This document shows, piece after piece, positions 22,400 to 36,800 of a DNA stretch of 46,684 nt. How positions within the stretch are numbered: position 1 is the first letter of the stretch; every line of letters begins with the position of its first letter. Source of the stretch: Folioceros fuciformis (taxonomy: Eukaryota); contig JBNGIO010006108.1 in the NCBI GenBank assembly GCA_049999805.1, forward strand, positions 1 to 46,684, read 5' to 3'. The translations under genes were made by a program, and so were the position numbers. The notes beneath the pieces are model-generated. The model did not search any database. It was not told the DNA's origin and worked only from the letters and a program-made list of their open reading frames with translations.

Positions 22400-22859
22400 T
22401 ACGAACATTGCAGATAAGGAGGAACAAGGATTCAGGAACCATTCTGGTTGAGACACACGCAAAGGCAGATATCTAATTTAATCGATGTCGCTTCCTCTCT
22501 TGTGAGAACGAGCGATGGTCTGCAGGGGTAGTAAGTTTGGCATGCTGCTGCTCCTGCACTCGTCAATCAAGAGCCGGCATACTGTGGCAGGGATCTTCTG
22601 GCGGTCTGATGCAGGGGAAAGCAAAGACGTACTGAAGCTGATCTCTGATCAGAAAAGTCTACATTTGTTCTGCAGCTAACAGGCTGAGCTTCTTAGCACA
22701 TCTAGCTATGCAGGCTCTAAATTTTCCATGCATGCTAGTCCTTGTTCCACGCCTGTCGTGCAGTTCACCGAGTCATGGACACAACCGCTAATCAGGGACG
22801 TGAATTAACAAGAGAACAATATATGACAGCTCGAACAGTGTGAGGAAGACGACACGTGG

Positions 22860-23830
22860 AGCCTCGGGCTTAATCTTATTGGGCCCCGGCGCATGGGTCC
22901 CTATGATCGCAGGATATGGACTCTTGCTGTTGGAGCAGCCCTTTACTCTGTTTGCTGAAAGCAACAGATTGCATCATCACTCCAGGATGCAGCGGACTAT
23001 TTATTACTGCTCCCTGTTTCCCAAGTGGCGCCCCCTATGCACAGATGAAGGCACAGCAGATGTTGGGTGGCAACAACCGGGATAGGTCTGCAACATGAGA
23101 GCTTCAGAGGAAGCCAGCCAGACTCTTTTTTGTGTCGGGGTGTATAGAACTGTTCCTCCTCCTCTTTTGACGTGGCCTTGACGATCGAAGGTCAAGTTAC
23201 AGTGACTGGGTGGCAAGCTGCCCGGGTATCACAGTTTGCACCATCTAAACAGGACGATCGTGTAAAGGGCAGTTCAAGAAGCCAACTGTGCCAGACTGTG
23301 GAGGCAATTCTTGCTGTGATCAAGGCAAGCAAGATTGTAATCAACCACCCCTAACGGTTCCTTCATTTTGTGATCAGGTTATAGGATTGCAACGGGAAGA
23401 GAATCCCCATTCTTATCTTTGTTGCCCAAGATTCCCTACCCAGTCTAGCCTGTTGCAACCTTCCGGCGAAGAAAACTGGGCCCCAAAGTCCTCGGCCGCC
23501 CTGGTCATTCAGCGAAGGCAGCCTGTTGGACACGCATGGACGATTCGACATCCGACCTGCGACTCCAGGCCCACCATTCTCTCACCTACAGTGCAGCCAG
23601 CTGCAGCGAAAAGAAATGGGAGCTGTCTGATCTGCACGACTCCATAGCCAATTCTTCTTGTCACTCTCCAGCACGCACTTCGAGAAGTTTGACAGTGGTC
23701 AGCGATGTGCACACACAAATCTGGGCGCCACACGGCTGATGAGCATTGGGAGTGCGGACCAGAGCAAATATTACAGTCTCTAGATGCAAGCAACCCAAGA
23801 ATAATCCATTGTATGCTGGGGGTGGGAGGA
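22860..23830 (+). pseudogene. Possible highly decayed GT47/exostosin (MUR3-like) glycosyltransferase relic
   Basis: Fragments in shifting frames follow GT47 order: HHHSRMQR..YYC, WQAARV, SSRSQLC, CDQGKQDCNQP, QPVGHAWTIRHPTCDS, EQILQSL...PRII. The similarity is weak and judged by eye. Confidence 0.3.
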
Positions 23831-24863
23831 AGCAAAATATCTGGGCCCCTGTCCACGGGTGATAGAAATGTGGAAAGGACAAATGGGAGCACAGAGTGGC
23901 GGCACCCACTTGAACATGAGGTCTGGCCCATGTCACATCTCCACGCTGTTGGTCCAGCGAAAGGAGCCAACTACAACTTCTTCACCAGCTCGTCCGGCCT
24001 GGGCTCCGGCCTCGACTGGTTATCTTTGCATTTGTGTGTACGGTTTTCAGGGAAGAAGATGGCGGCATCCCTCCACATTTACTGCCTGGCCCCCAGCGCC
24101 GGGTGACTGTGCCCGTGTACATATCTACAGTTGCGTTTAATCCTGCCGAGATACCAGCTCAGCCGAGGAGAACTGCTGCATCTGGCAGTGGGTACATAAT
24201 CAGTGGAATCTGGAGGTGTGAGGACGCGCTGAATCTTCTGTACAGGCTGAATCCGCAGTTCGAACTGCATACGCTTTCATCCAGCTAGTGTTCTATGTCC
24301 TGCTTCCGCCAACTTAGCTTCCAAGTTCGAACTGCATACGCTTCCCAGCTCCCCTCCCAGCCCACAGCCTGACTGCCCGCCTGCCTGCGTCCCGGGCTTG
24401 CGTCTTTTGCAGCAACACGACGCAGCTCGCAAGGCATCACCATAGTCGCCAGCAGGAAGAGGACAAGGCTTCCCAGCCTGTACCCCGGGGGAGGGGCGAC
24501 TCTGGAAAGGCCAAAGCCGTGGCCGACGCCAGCAGCTTTTGTGCTCTTGGATCTGCACCGTCGGGTGGGTGGAAATTGCGCTCCGCGGGCCCAGCACGCT
24601 CCTGGCGAGCCCAATTCAGGCACGTCTGGATTGCTGCGAAATTGGCTGCTGGACGTGAGCAATCTCGTCTAGGCAGCTGGGGGTGGTGGCAGCGCAATTT
24701 TTTACTGACACACAAACAGAGAATTGTGCCACTGCCCGGAAGTCGGAGCGGAAGCGGACCAGGTGCCTAGGGCCTGCCCGGATGGTGGAAGCTGTCTGGG
24801 TGCGAAGCCGTTCCTGGTGTGCTAGCAGCTCGGAGATTGGGCTGTGGTGCCGGGGAGTTGGCC

Positions 24864-27800
24864 ATGACCGACGCGGCAGCAGCAGCCGGAGCCGGAGTCG
24901 GCGATGCTGCGGGCACGCCCACTCTTCTCTTCTCCACCGACATACCAAGCAACGTGCTGCACCTGGACAACGTAATTGTGAACGAGTTTCATGTGCTGCG
25001 TAGATTCCGCTTGATCAGGTGAGGTCGAGAATTTCTCCCCTTGCGCTTGTTCGGACATTGTGCAATTCGTGTTCAGGCCACCCAGCTTTGGTCCGCTGTG
25101 AATTTTTACTGAGCTCGACGTCTTCCACAAGGAAGCAGCAGCCTTCTCTGCTTCAGCTCCACTTGCTCCAGTAGCTAGGAATGCAAGGCAATGGGCCTTG
25201 GCCCAGGCTGAGTTTTGCTTTCTCTTGTGTGCTAACAGCCTGTGCGATGAGCCTCTGCTAGTCACCCTCGACAGTAGTCTGGGCTCCCAGCTGGGCTTCC
25301 AGCTCAACAATGAGAATTTGAGCGGTTCAGACGAAGGCATCGAAGATGCACACAATGTTGCCAATTTCTTGGCGGATGACTTCAATGAGGTATTTGATTC
25401 GTGTCCTTTTACTTTACAGGTGGCAATTGAAGCAAGTCAGACGCGGAATGGCGCTCTGAACCGCTGCTTGATGCTTGTGCTTCTCAGCTTTTCAATACGG
25501 TGAACCTTGTGAACCAAGTTGTTCTCCAACCAAGGCAGGTTCAGCAAGTCATCCTCACGTTCTGGCCCTTGGACTGTGCCAAAGAGGTGGCTGGGAATGC
25601 GAATCAGGCAGAGGATGCAGACTCTTTGCAACGCCTACCTCACGAGGTATGTGCGGGGCCAGCAAGCTGTGTTGGAACACGGCCCCAGTCGTGAGTGTCT
25701 TTTTGAGCAGTTTTAAGATGCTTACAGGTTGTGGCGTTTCGCAGATGCTTGATTTTCAGTTTGCTAAGGAGGACCCCAAACATGGGTTTCCAGCCGTCAA
25801 CCAGAATTTTGTTGTTAATGGCAAGCTCTTCCTGTCGGCCACTGGACCCAGCTTTACCAGCAGTGCTGCGTGTGGTGGATGTCGACAAGACATTGTCGTG
25901 CGGTTCTCTGCATCAGTTTGTAGATCTCTATTGAGGACAGATGTGGCAGATATAGTTTTTAGTAACTGCGTTCCTGGTGGAGTTTTTGTTAAGGATTTCA
26001 GCATTTGGAACCTGTCCGAGATCCCCTGTTCGTTTCAACTCCATGTGAAGAATGTCAAGTTTGAACTGCCGGTAAAACATTCTTGTGAATTAAGGCGCTC
26101 AACAAATTGTGCATGACACTGTTGTTCCCTCACCAGCGTGTTGATTTCGTGCAGAATGTGGATCTAACGGACTACGATACAGGTCTACCTGTGACTGGTG
26201 GTGAGATAAAGAGCTGTGCACATAGGCGAATTCGTGTTACTTTCAAGCCTAGAGACGTGGGCGATTTTGTGTACCTGATCCATCTTGAAAACAACTACGA
26301 TGGAAGAAACTCTATCTCCATCCCTGTGCAGTGTTTGGTAAGGCATGTGAAACTTATGTTACCTTAAGTTACGCTATTTGAGTTTTTCTCCTGGTTAAGG
26401 CTATCTTAACTTTTCCTGAAACAGGTGAGTGCCGAACATCGTCAAGAAGGAATATTGGTAACAGGTGTTGGGGAAGATGGCGCGCTGGACTTTGGTGACT
26501 GCTACGCAGAGAATGGCACTTTTCAGATGTTAACTCTGAGGAACATCACCCAGGAGGTAAAGTACACTGCATGGTATTCCACATTTGGGATCAATGAGGT
26601 ATTGATATCTCGATGAATCTGATCTGTAGTCGCGTTTTGTGCAGCCTTTAGTTGTGGGTCTTGGTGGCACAGATCACGCACCTGGTGATCAGATTGCTTT
26701 CTATTTGCAAGCAGATATGGATGTTTCTGCTGCATCTGCAAAATTTGCACATACTGCAAGTTCTGTACAAGATGCTCTCGTAAGTGAACTAAGAAGAGAT
26801 CCATGTTGCCCCTGTCATGTCTGAAGTCCAAATGCTTGCTAAGGAAATGGGAAGCTAATTATGTGCTGGAATACCCAGGGCAAGTCTTTAGATTCCCAGA
26901 GTCTGGACAAGATGAATCGGCTTGAGGAGATTCTTCTAGAGAGGGGCGAGGAGAAAAACATATTGGTTTGGCTTTATCCCACTGGTGCAGAAGATGACAC
27001 CAGAGCAGTGAAACTTCAGAGGCGAAGTTATCGAATATCTCTGAAGTGTGCTGAAAAAAGAGGGTTTACCAACTACAGCAAGCAGGGATTTTCCAAGATT
27101 ATTCAGGTCAAGAAAAACTCTTGTTTTGTGTGAGGTGCGGTTAATATGTTTGTTTACCCTTCATCGACATTGACAAGACCCCTATTTGCGCACAGCTGCT
27201 GGGATTGTTCTTCCAACCTCACCCCCTTTGTGTTGTCTATCAGTGCAAGGCTCGAGTATGTACCTCAATGATAAAGCTCTCAACGTCAGAGCTGAACCTC
27301 GGTGATTGCAATGTGGGCTCTTCAAAGTCAGCAGTGGTAGAAGTCCAAAATTTGTCTGATCTCCCTGCTCTCATCTCAGCGCACGTGACATCAACCATTC
27401 TCAGCTTCAAATCCAAGGCAGACTGTGTCTCATTACTTCCCCGTGAAGCCTTCAGACTCGAGATGGAGATAATCCCCTTGAAGATCAATGTGAAGTATCG
27501 AAAGCAGGTCAGAATTGATAATCTTCTCAACAAGGGGAACCAGCAGTTTCTGGAAATCAGGGCAAAAATTATGGATCGGCATCATGTTCTTCTTCACTCA
27601 CTCTACTACAAGCTTCAAACACCTTCTATGAACAATTTACTCAGTTTTGGCAGGTTGTTAAGAGTGTGCAGTGAATGTCCAGAATGCAGTTCAAGTACAT
27701 TGGCCTTTCTTGATTCGACAAAAACATCTTCTGAGGCTACGAGTGGGTGGCTGAATGCCTGCATCTGACAAGTGTGCTTCATGATCGCAGGGTAATCTTA

Positions 27801-30800
27801 AACAATCCAAGCGTCAGGATTCTGGCTGTAGAGAATGTTACGGACAAGGACCTTGTGCTGGAGTTTAGCTCATCAATGCCTGGAGAACTAGAGTTTTTTC
27901 AGTTAAAGGATGAAGAGTTCATCTCAGAGCGTAGAGAACAAGAGTGTACTGATCTTGCAATCCTCAGTGATTCTAGTGAGGAGGACCTCCATGAAAGGAG
28001 AAGGTACAGTGATGAATATGTCGAGCTATTCCAGATAGGAGTTTGGCACTATGTTGCAGGCCTTCGTTCACTAAATGCAATTTTATCTGTTGGGTACTTC
28101 TTGTTGTGCAGAGCGTTTGCAGCCTTAATGACAAAGGAGAAACTTCTTGAAAGTCTAGAAGGATCACAGCCTCGATTGAGCAAGTCTGTGATTAGTTCCA
28201 CTCCTTTTCTGGCGCAACAGGATGGTCAACCTACTACTCCACCCCATACTCCATCGAAGTTGGAGAAGAAACCTCATAACAGGTTCTGAACCTTTGCTCT
28301 AACTGACCTGGCTCAGCGGATGACATAAGAGTTCTAGTTTTTTATATTTCATTAAAATGATTTGTGAGAGGCGTAGTCATGAGGTGCTCATCATGCAGGT
28401 TTTCGTTTGATCTAACACACGAGGGCAATACCGAATATGATGGACTTCGATCAAATGTCAATGGGTCCACAGTGAGGAGTCCTGATTTGCACATTGACTC
28501 TGTTGCCCATGGAAAGCCTCTCACTACGCCTCGTGAAGCCCATGTCCCTGGGCTTGGTTCTATGAAAAGAGTGCAAAGTAGTGCTATGCTGTTTGAAGGT
28601 AAAGAGGAGCAGGCAGAAGATCCGTTGGATGATATTTCTCACGAAAGGTATGGAGAGGTGATCAAACGTTTCTCGGAAATGGCAGTTTCAGCATGTTCAT
28701 TCCCTGAGGATGAGGAGGCGAAAAAGGTGAGAAGGAATATAATGATTGTGGTTGATGTCAAGCGGCTTCTCTTTTTGTTTGGACAAAGTCTGTGTACTTG
28801 GATTGATTACACTGTGCCATAAGAATTGCACAGTGATTGAAGTCACTGGAGCTAATCCTTCACAGATGTTATGGCGTGGCACAGTTTGTGGACAGGCAAA
28901 TTAAAGACCGCGAGCTTATCATGTGTCTCTTGGAGGATGAACCTCGTAGATTGAGCTCGGTCGAGAGACTTCAACTGCATCCTGGAGAGAAAAAAGCCTT
29001 GTGTGTCTTTCTTTTGATGGACAGCCAGGTCTATCCATCTTTCCAAGGGCGCTTGCAAAAACTGGCTGCAAAGGTGCGTGGTGGTCTTCTGTACATTTAA
29101 AGTTGGTTTTAAATTGAAACCTACTTCCAAGGTGAATGTTTTGGAATCCAAGAGGAGGAAGATTTATACAGTTTGAATGAGCTGCAGGTAAATATCCGGT
29201 TATTGGAGTATGATAAACGTCTTCAGGATCAGTGGGAGCCTGGTATGGTGGCGTCTGGACTAGGTGATCAAATTCCTGCTCGAGAGTTGCCTGTGCATAT
29301 CAAGGTGAGTCAGTTTGTGCCCTTGCTGAATGCTGCACAGGATGTATACAAAGAACCTTAGCTTCGTCTTACTCTTTTTACACTCAGAGCATGCCATCAG
29401 ATAGATTGTGCAATATGTTAACATCATCACGTACATTCTGCTGTTCCTTGTGCTGTAGGTCTGCCGTGCTGTGCTCTCACTTGCACAAAAGAACATAAAC
29501 TTTGGGAAGATGTTCACCAATGAGCATCGAGCCAAAACGCTTGTTCTGAACAATAACTCAGATCTGCCCCTCTTGTACAAAATCAAGAAAACTGGTATGG
29601 CTAAAGTGGATTATTCCTTTTGTAGGTGCTGTAGTGTACCAACAGGTCATTTTGGAGATGGGTATCATGACTGCGGATCCAGCCCACAGTGGAGGTGCTA
29701 AATGTTTTCTGCCCTCTCGTTGATAGGTTCAATAGCATCTGGTGATCTCCATATCATCGATGGTCGGCTGGGTGTTTTACTACCTCACTGTAATCAGGAA
29801 GTCAATTTTGTGTTCCAGCCATCATTGCGTGGTTCCTTCAAGGAGACACTCACTGTATCCAATGTCTATGACCCAAGCAATGACCAGGTTGTAACATTGA
29901 AAGCAACTATCAGCCGAGCTGACACCTTCTGGATAAGCACTGCGAAAATCGACTTCGGGACAATTGCTGCAGGCGAATGGTGCAACATGCAAAGGATTAT
30001 CATTCGCAATACCAGCAAGCAAACTAGGACATTCATGTTAAGAGACGCCAATTATGCTGAAAGAAGTGATCTGAGGCATAGGTTGCGGTCGGAACAAGAA
30101 GTTTGCATAGGATTTATTGTGGAACCGAAGGAAGTTTTATCTCGAGCAGTGCTCCAACCTGACCAGGAGGAAATAGAAGCCTTGAAGAGGAAAATCCTTG
30201 CTTTTGAACGGAAAGGAAAAGGGGAAAAAGCTGCAAAACTTTGGAGACAGATCTATGAGTTAAAAGCGAAAGCTGGTGCCCTCGGTGGTTCTAAGGGAAC
30301 AGATCCTGGCACCGATCCTGAGCCCCAACACGATGAGAGTCTATCGAAACAGGGTGAAGCAGGGATACGGGAAAAGGCACTGATTTTGCCACTTAAAGGG
30401 TGGAATGGCTGCATCAACTTTACTTTGAAAGGTGGAGAAACACAGGTCAGACTACAGCGTAAGAAGGTCACCTGAATCCGGCATCACGTTGTCCGTGATA
30501 TACATTTCTAATGTTTTGCTTGTTGACTGTAGGCTGTCCTAGTTTCTTGCTTTGTCGCTGTGTCATTGGCTTGTGATCGGACCCAAAGAATCCAGGGGGC
30601 CTTTCTTGCTTATGAAGGCAAAGATCAGGTACACAGTCTTTCTCACTATAAATCCGTCATGGATGAGATTCACTGATGGCATGACTGGTGCATTTCTGGC
30701 ATTGGCTTCCATTATAATGACAGGGCCAGTGACGACTGGTGTTGATATGATGAATGCAGGATGCTGTGAAACAGGTCCAATACGAGGCCTCTGTAGGCCC

Positions 30801-33800
30801 TGAGGATGTTTCAATTGGGACCGTATTCACCGTGTTGTCTAAAACAGATGTTGCGAACCTCCCCAAAGTGAGTAGTGTCCCTGTTTCTCGGGTCTGTGGT
30901 GTTGATGGGCTCACTGACCTGCCAATGTATTTTGTTGTTGAAGCACAATATCTGATCAGAGTTGGATTGGTCTCGTGGTCAGCTGGATCTCTCATTGGTT
31001 GAAAAGTCATCCTCCTACCTGCTATCTCCAAGTTTGTCTCCTGAAAGCTCTGGATCAGCAAATGCTTTTGTGGATGAGACGCCTAGACATCAGGAGTTGG
31101 AGACACTTGACTTGCATTCATCAGTCCCAGCTGCAAATGAGATGCCCCTTGATTCAGGAGTTGGTAGTAGCATCCCTTTGCAGGCAGGTATTTGGAGATC
31201 ACGAGATATACTAACAAACTGGGGAATACATCCTCCTCCAGATCCTCCCACATCTGTGGACAGCGAATTTGACCAGACTGGTGTCAGTGAAGTAAGCAGT
31301 AATAGACCCAGTCGACATGGCAGCTATGACAGTCTTTATCCATTTGAACCATTGCTAAAAATTGAGCCTTTTCGGTCAGCCCGCAATCAAGGAGGCATTT
31401 ACTCTGATATAAGTATTGCACTGGCTGGTGCTTCAATGGATGTCTCTTCAGCGGCTGAGTTAGCCAGGAGTTTATTCTCAATCCAGGCTGACCATGAAGA
31501 CCTGCAGCCCAATAATGTGGGTTTTGCGTTAGCTTTGCATGATACTGCTGATCATGACGGATTTGAATCATCGTTTTTGCTGAGGTCAAATACCGCTCAA
31601 GACATTTGGGTTCAGCTCTGTCTCGAGTGGGGAAAAGCAGCTCCAGAAGTAGAGTTATGGGTTGAGGAGACTGGAAACGACATAGCTGATACACGCGTAG
31701 ACTTGGTGAATGATTCTTTTGTCCCTGGAGATCTATTTGATCTGTCAGTGTGGCAGTCGATGGAAACAACTCGTCACCAGCTGCCCTGTAGCTACATGGA
31801 TACTGAAGATGGTTCTGGAACGGTATTAGTGGCTTCCACTTGCATTAGAAGTGGGACTGTGGTAAGAGTGCAACTATTTCTTTCGGATCAATCATTGGAA
31901 GCACTATCTCATTGCGATCATGTTTCATCTGATGGACAGCCTGGATTGGGTTTGGAGAAAGTAATTGGCTTTCTGACAATTAAGAGCTACCCCTCTGCAG
32001 AAATTCGGGAGCAGATTTCTGTGTTCATGGGCAGGCTGGATAGGTCTATTAAAGTTGTGCCCTCAAAGGTGGTATTTCCAGAGTCAGATATCACATCAGT
32101 CCTTCAAGGAGAAGTGACAATCAAGAACAGGACAGGGAAGACCATTCAGTATGTGGTGAAGGTCGTTGGCACTCGGCCTAGTGCATCTCCTGAGTCTCCA
32201 CAGATAGGCCAGCAGTGGCCGGATGCAATTGTTCAGGTAGAACCTGCAGCAGGTGAAATCAAGCCCTTTGGACTTGTGGTAATCAAACTGACTTGCCAAC
32301 CAACCAAACCTGGGAAGCAGACTTGTAATCTGCAGGTTAAGAGTTCACAGTGCTATGATCACACTCAATTGAGCATTACAATGTCATCTTACAGAGCACA
32401 TTCTCTGCACCTACCGGATCTCCCAGAAGGAGGTACATTGGATATGGGATTCTGCTACATGAATGCTCCAGGAGGCATGGAAGGGGTACCATTTCGGCTT
32501 GAAAATGTGCTAGCAAGTCCTCTGTCATTGGTTTTCAAGTCAAATTTGGCAAGGCAGGTGTACATATCATCAGATCCACTTGGCACCCAGCGCACAGATG
32601 ATCTTGACTTGAGTCCAAAAGAATGTCGGACTGTCTACTTGTGTTTGCGACCAGGTGGTGATGCAGCAGCGTATGAGAATGGTCAATGTCGAGAAATTAT
32701 TGGAGGGATGAGAATAACTGTCCGACCTTCAACATTAGGATCCATTCATGCTACTGCAAGTGGAGGTAGTGGTCAAGAATGCAGAAGTGACGAGATAATG
32801 GTTAAATTCCGTGCTGTTGTGGGGTGGAGTCTGCTGCAACTCTCCATTGCAGTCATAGATCTTGGCAGAGTGGAAGAAATCGGAGGATCTATTTCAGGAA
32901 GTTTTGTGGTGATTAACCCAAGCAGTCAAATGCCATTGCAGGTCTCGATCTCTGCACAACAGGCTTCGCTGTCTGTGTCTGGAGGACTGCTTCTTGGTAG
33001 GGATGTAGCTAAAGCGCAAGGAGGTGATGCCAAGGCTGATATGATCGTGGAATATTCCTTCCCTGTCAGAAAATACGGACTTAATGAAGATAGATTTTAT
33101 ATCCGCAATTTGTCTTGCCCTGGCCATGATACGGAACTGTTGTTGCGACTATTTGCCTCAAATGGGGCTGTTGAGGCAACTGTGAGGCCCCCGTTGCCCC
33201 ATTTGCAGCCTGCAGACTGCAAGCCTTTGAGCACTGTGGTAGAAGACGTGGAGGCCGTCGGGGGCACTGATGATACATTGAGCTCGTTCACAGCTAATGT
33301 TATTCGTGGACCATGGATTGCAAGAGAGCGTGGAAGGCAAGCCCCTTGTGTGGGCGGAAAGCTAAGGAAAGCCTTATCCACAGGTGAATTTCTTTCCGAA
33401 GCAAGTAGGGCTGCTGAGGGCGGAGGAACTAGAACTGGGAAATATGCCAACAGGATTCCCTCTATGAGAACAATTGATTTTCAGGACAATCTTTGCCTTG
33501 ACCTGGGAATCATCTTTGTATCGGAGGATCATTCTTTCAGAATTCCTAGGCCTGGTTTGATCGGAGATCGTGATGACATTTTTCATGTCACTGATATGCG
33601 CCCATATCATTGTTCATGCACGATCACAAATTACACAAGAAATGTTGTGCTGTTGCAGCCTGAGAGTGACATGCCTCTGGCTGTGCATCGGCTATCAGAA
33701 TTGAACACAACTTGTGTGCAGCCTTCATATTTGGAAGAAGAAACACCAGTCCCTGTTACAGAGTGTGTCATGAAGGGCTATGACAACCTGGGAAAGGCCT

Positions 33801-36800
33801 CTACGGAAGAAAGCACTCGTCGGTCTGCATCGACCTTCACCCCTTGTGGACAACCGTTCGCACTCCAACCAAATAGTTCTATCATCCTAGCAGTCAGCTT
33901 CACAAGGATTGAGGGCTCGACCTCTCCAAATATGTCTTACTTGACATCAGGAACGTTGTGTGCCTTCAACGGTCTCCTTGTATTCCAGAGAATATCTGAC
34001 GTAATTGACGGCGATCATGATAGGTCTTCTGTGACTGTGGGAGATATATGTGCGGATACATCAGGTAGTGAGCCAGAGATAGCGGAGGTGCTGACTGTTA
34101 AGGGATTCATCTGTTTGTCAAAGGGAAAAGTTCTGAACGAGTATATTGACCTCGGAAGAGTTGGGTATGCAAATGGATGGGACAACGTGAAATTCAATAT
34201 TGACGTAGAAAATGTAAGTGATGCTGAGCTGATTTACCAAATCAAGCATGCACCTGATTGCTTCATGATTCGTCCAAGAGATGTAGAACATGACATGCAG
34301 GCTGGACATACGCTGCCTCCCAGAAGTGTAGGGAAAGTTGAGGTAACCCTTCTCACGTCAAAGCTAGAACAGCTGAAGGCCGAAGGCCCACGGTCTTGGC
34401 AGATAAGGCTGCTGAACTGCAATAATCCCCACAACTTGATGGAAGTTGTTATTGAAGCAGAAATCACAGTCCGAACTCTACAGTTCGAAGGTCTAACACA
34501 GTCAGTTCTGGTGTTACCTCCTCTCACTGTTCCAGCTTCCCCAAATGTGGCACAAAGTGTAAATCAGTTTACGGTAAGATTCTGTACTGTTTGCATAAAA
34601 AGGTGGTTTGCAGCTTTATGCAGTAGTCTGCTAGATGTAATATTGAATAACAGCAGCCCGGGACCCTGAGCTACTTATGTTTTGCTTCTTGACCAGGTGG
34701 AGAATTTGTCACATGAGCTTTTAGGAGTAGCACTTGAGGTACATCAAGTCGAGGAGACTGAATCACTGGTAGAGACCCTCTTGTACATACCTGATTGCTC
34801 TAAAGGATGGTGGTTGAGATAGCACGAAGACTTGCATGTCACAGTACGCCTTGTACGATGTGTGCTGATTTTTCGATATCTTTTTCCTCAAGAGTTGATC
34901 ACCAATTGTAGTGAGAGCAGCACTGAAAATGGTTAAAACATGTATTCACCGCAGGTCACATTTGAGGTTTTTCTCTCGAGTACATCCACAGCTGTGGAGG
35001 AAGTCAGACTTGGACCTGGAGAGAGAGTTGATCTCCGAGTATGTGCACGCCCCAATTCTGATACAATTCCAGCCAAGTTTCTTGGACAAGATCAAAGGAC
35101 AGGTGGTGAGAGCAATCCAATCGGGTCTCAATGGAGTTCACAGGCTGTTGATGGACAACGAAGGCTATTGGAAGAGTCATTGGAGGTAGTGTCCACCTTG
35201 AGGTATGAAGATGAAGAAGCTAGTGCAGAAGCAGCGGAACAAAGATGTGCTGAGCTAGCAGGTACCGTTTGTCTCGGGCACCTCTATCTTCACTCATCTC
35301 CACACGGTCCAGACTGTATCCCGATCCACGGAGCACTGATACAGGGTCCACTATTTGATGTTTTGCCTCAGAGTCTTTCAATCCAGGTAATATTTGCAAC
35401 GGCACGCGCATTTTTGTTCAAGCACTTATCTCGCACAGTTTGACTGATATCGTGTGTTTACTTCATTGTATTTCCTTGTTTCTCTGTTCAGTGTGTGCCA
35501 AGTCATGGAACTTCTGACCTCATGACATGTTGTGTTTGTTTGTCTAGTCACGGTTATCAGAAGATGGAATCATCATGCCTGAGAGAACTTCTCTGGGAAA
35601 GCGAGAATTTTGGCAGAATGTTTCCGTCTCATCTGACACCCTTGTTGTACGGAATCTTCGATCATTTGATTCTTTCCACTTCAGGGTTGTAGCAGAACTA
35701 TCTCACATGAGTTATGGTAAATCGAACGGTGAACCGCCCGCTCTTGAAAGATTAAGTGGGGATGTATTTTCTTACTTATATTTGGAACCTATGAGTGGCT
35801 GTATTGCTCCACATGGAAGTCTAGAGATAATGGTCAAGCCAATACCTTGGTCGGTTGAAGATCTGCTAGCATTTATGGACAGAAAATCAGGCCCCGAATT
35901 CATCACTGCTACAATTCATGTCCAGGAGATGGATGAGGATGGTTCCCAGGGTGGCAATCAGAGTGTACTAGTAACAATCAGGCCACCTCAGGATTTGCTC
36001 CTATCTAAGGAGTTGTTGATTCAAAGGCCACTTCTGTCAAGTAGTGATCATGATGAGGCTGCATCTGAGGAGTCTGTAAGACCTGGAAAGGCTCAACAAC
36101 TACCTGTATTAGGCCTTCGAGGTTGCACCCCTGTCAGTGGGAGTCCCCAATGCTATGACTTCAACTTGGGGCAGCAAAATGTTTCATCCGGGGGTAGAGT
36201 CCAATGGGATCTCACACTCGTAGGAGATGAACAGTTGTCCCTGCACTACAACCTGTCCACGGTCAGTGAGAGCGACTCAAAGTGGCTGAGCATCAGCAAC
36301 TGTGTGGGATCTGTGGAACCCAATGAACATAAGATAATCCAGCTGTCCTTCTCAACCAAAGCAATGGGTAAACGTCTTGGCTTTCCTAGCACGCCTTTGC
36401 TAAATAGCTAACATGCAAGTCACAGCTGCCCTGATGATGGTTTATTTCAGGTGTCTATTCTACGTACTTGGTGGTTGAAAATGTGGAAAACCCAGCTGAT
36501 CTGAAGATGGTCCATCTTAGTCTCGAAGTCGTATCAGCACGAAATGCCAGACCCGATGCACAGTCTCTGACCTTCTTCCATGTCCTGGTTGAGGGTGACA
36601 GGTATGCAATAGGCTTTCTAGTAGATTTGTTCGAATGGTGCGCTAAGGCTTTCGTCATCTGAGACTTTCCTTTCCTGGATGATCTGCAGGACAGAAGGAA
36701 AAATTATAGATATGGGTGAAGTTTACTATAATTTCTGGTATCGGAATCGTTCTTTTGTGATAGTCAATGAGGCTCCAGTAGCCATGGAGTTTTTGCTTTC

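Noticed and set aside
24255-24343. GTTCGAA as a tRNA T-loop or Pol III B-box
   Set aside because: No cloverleaf or A-box can be formed, and the GGTTCGANNCC consensus is not met.
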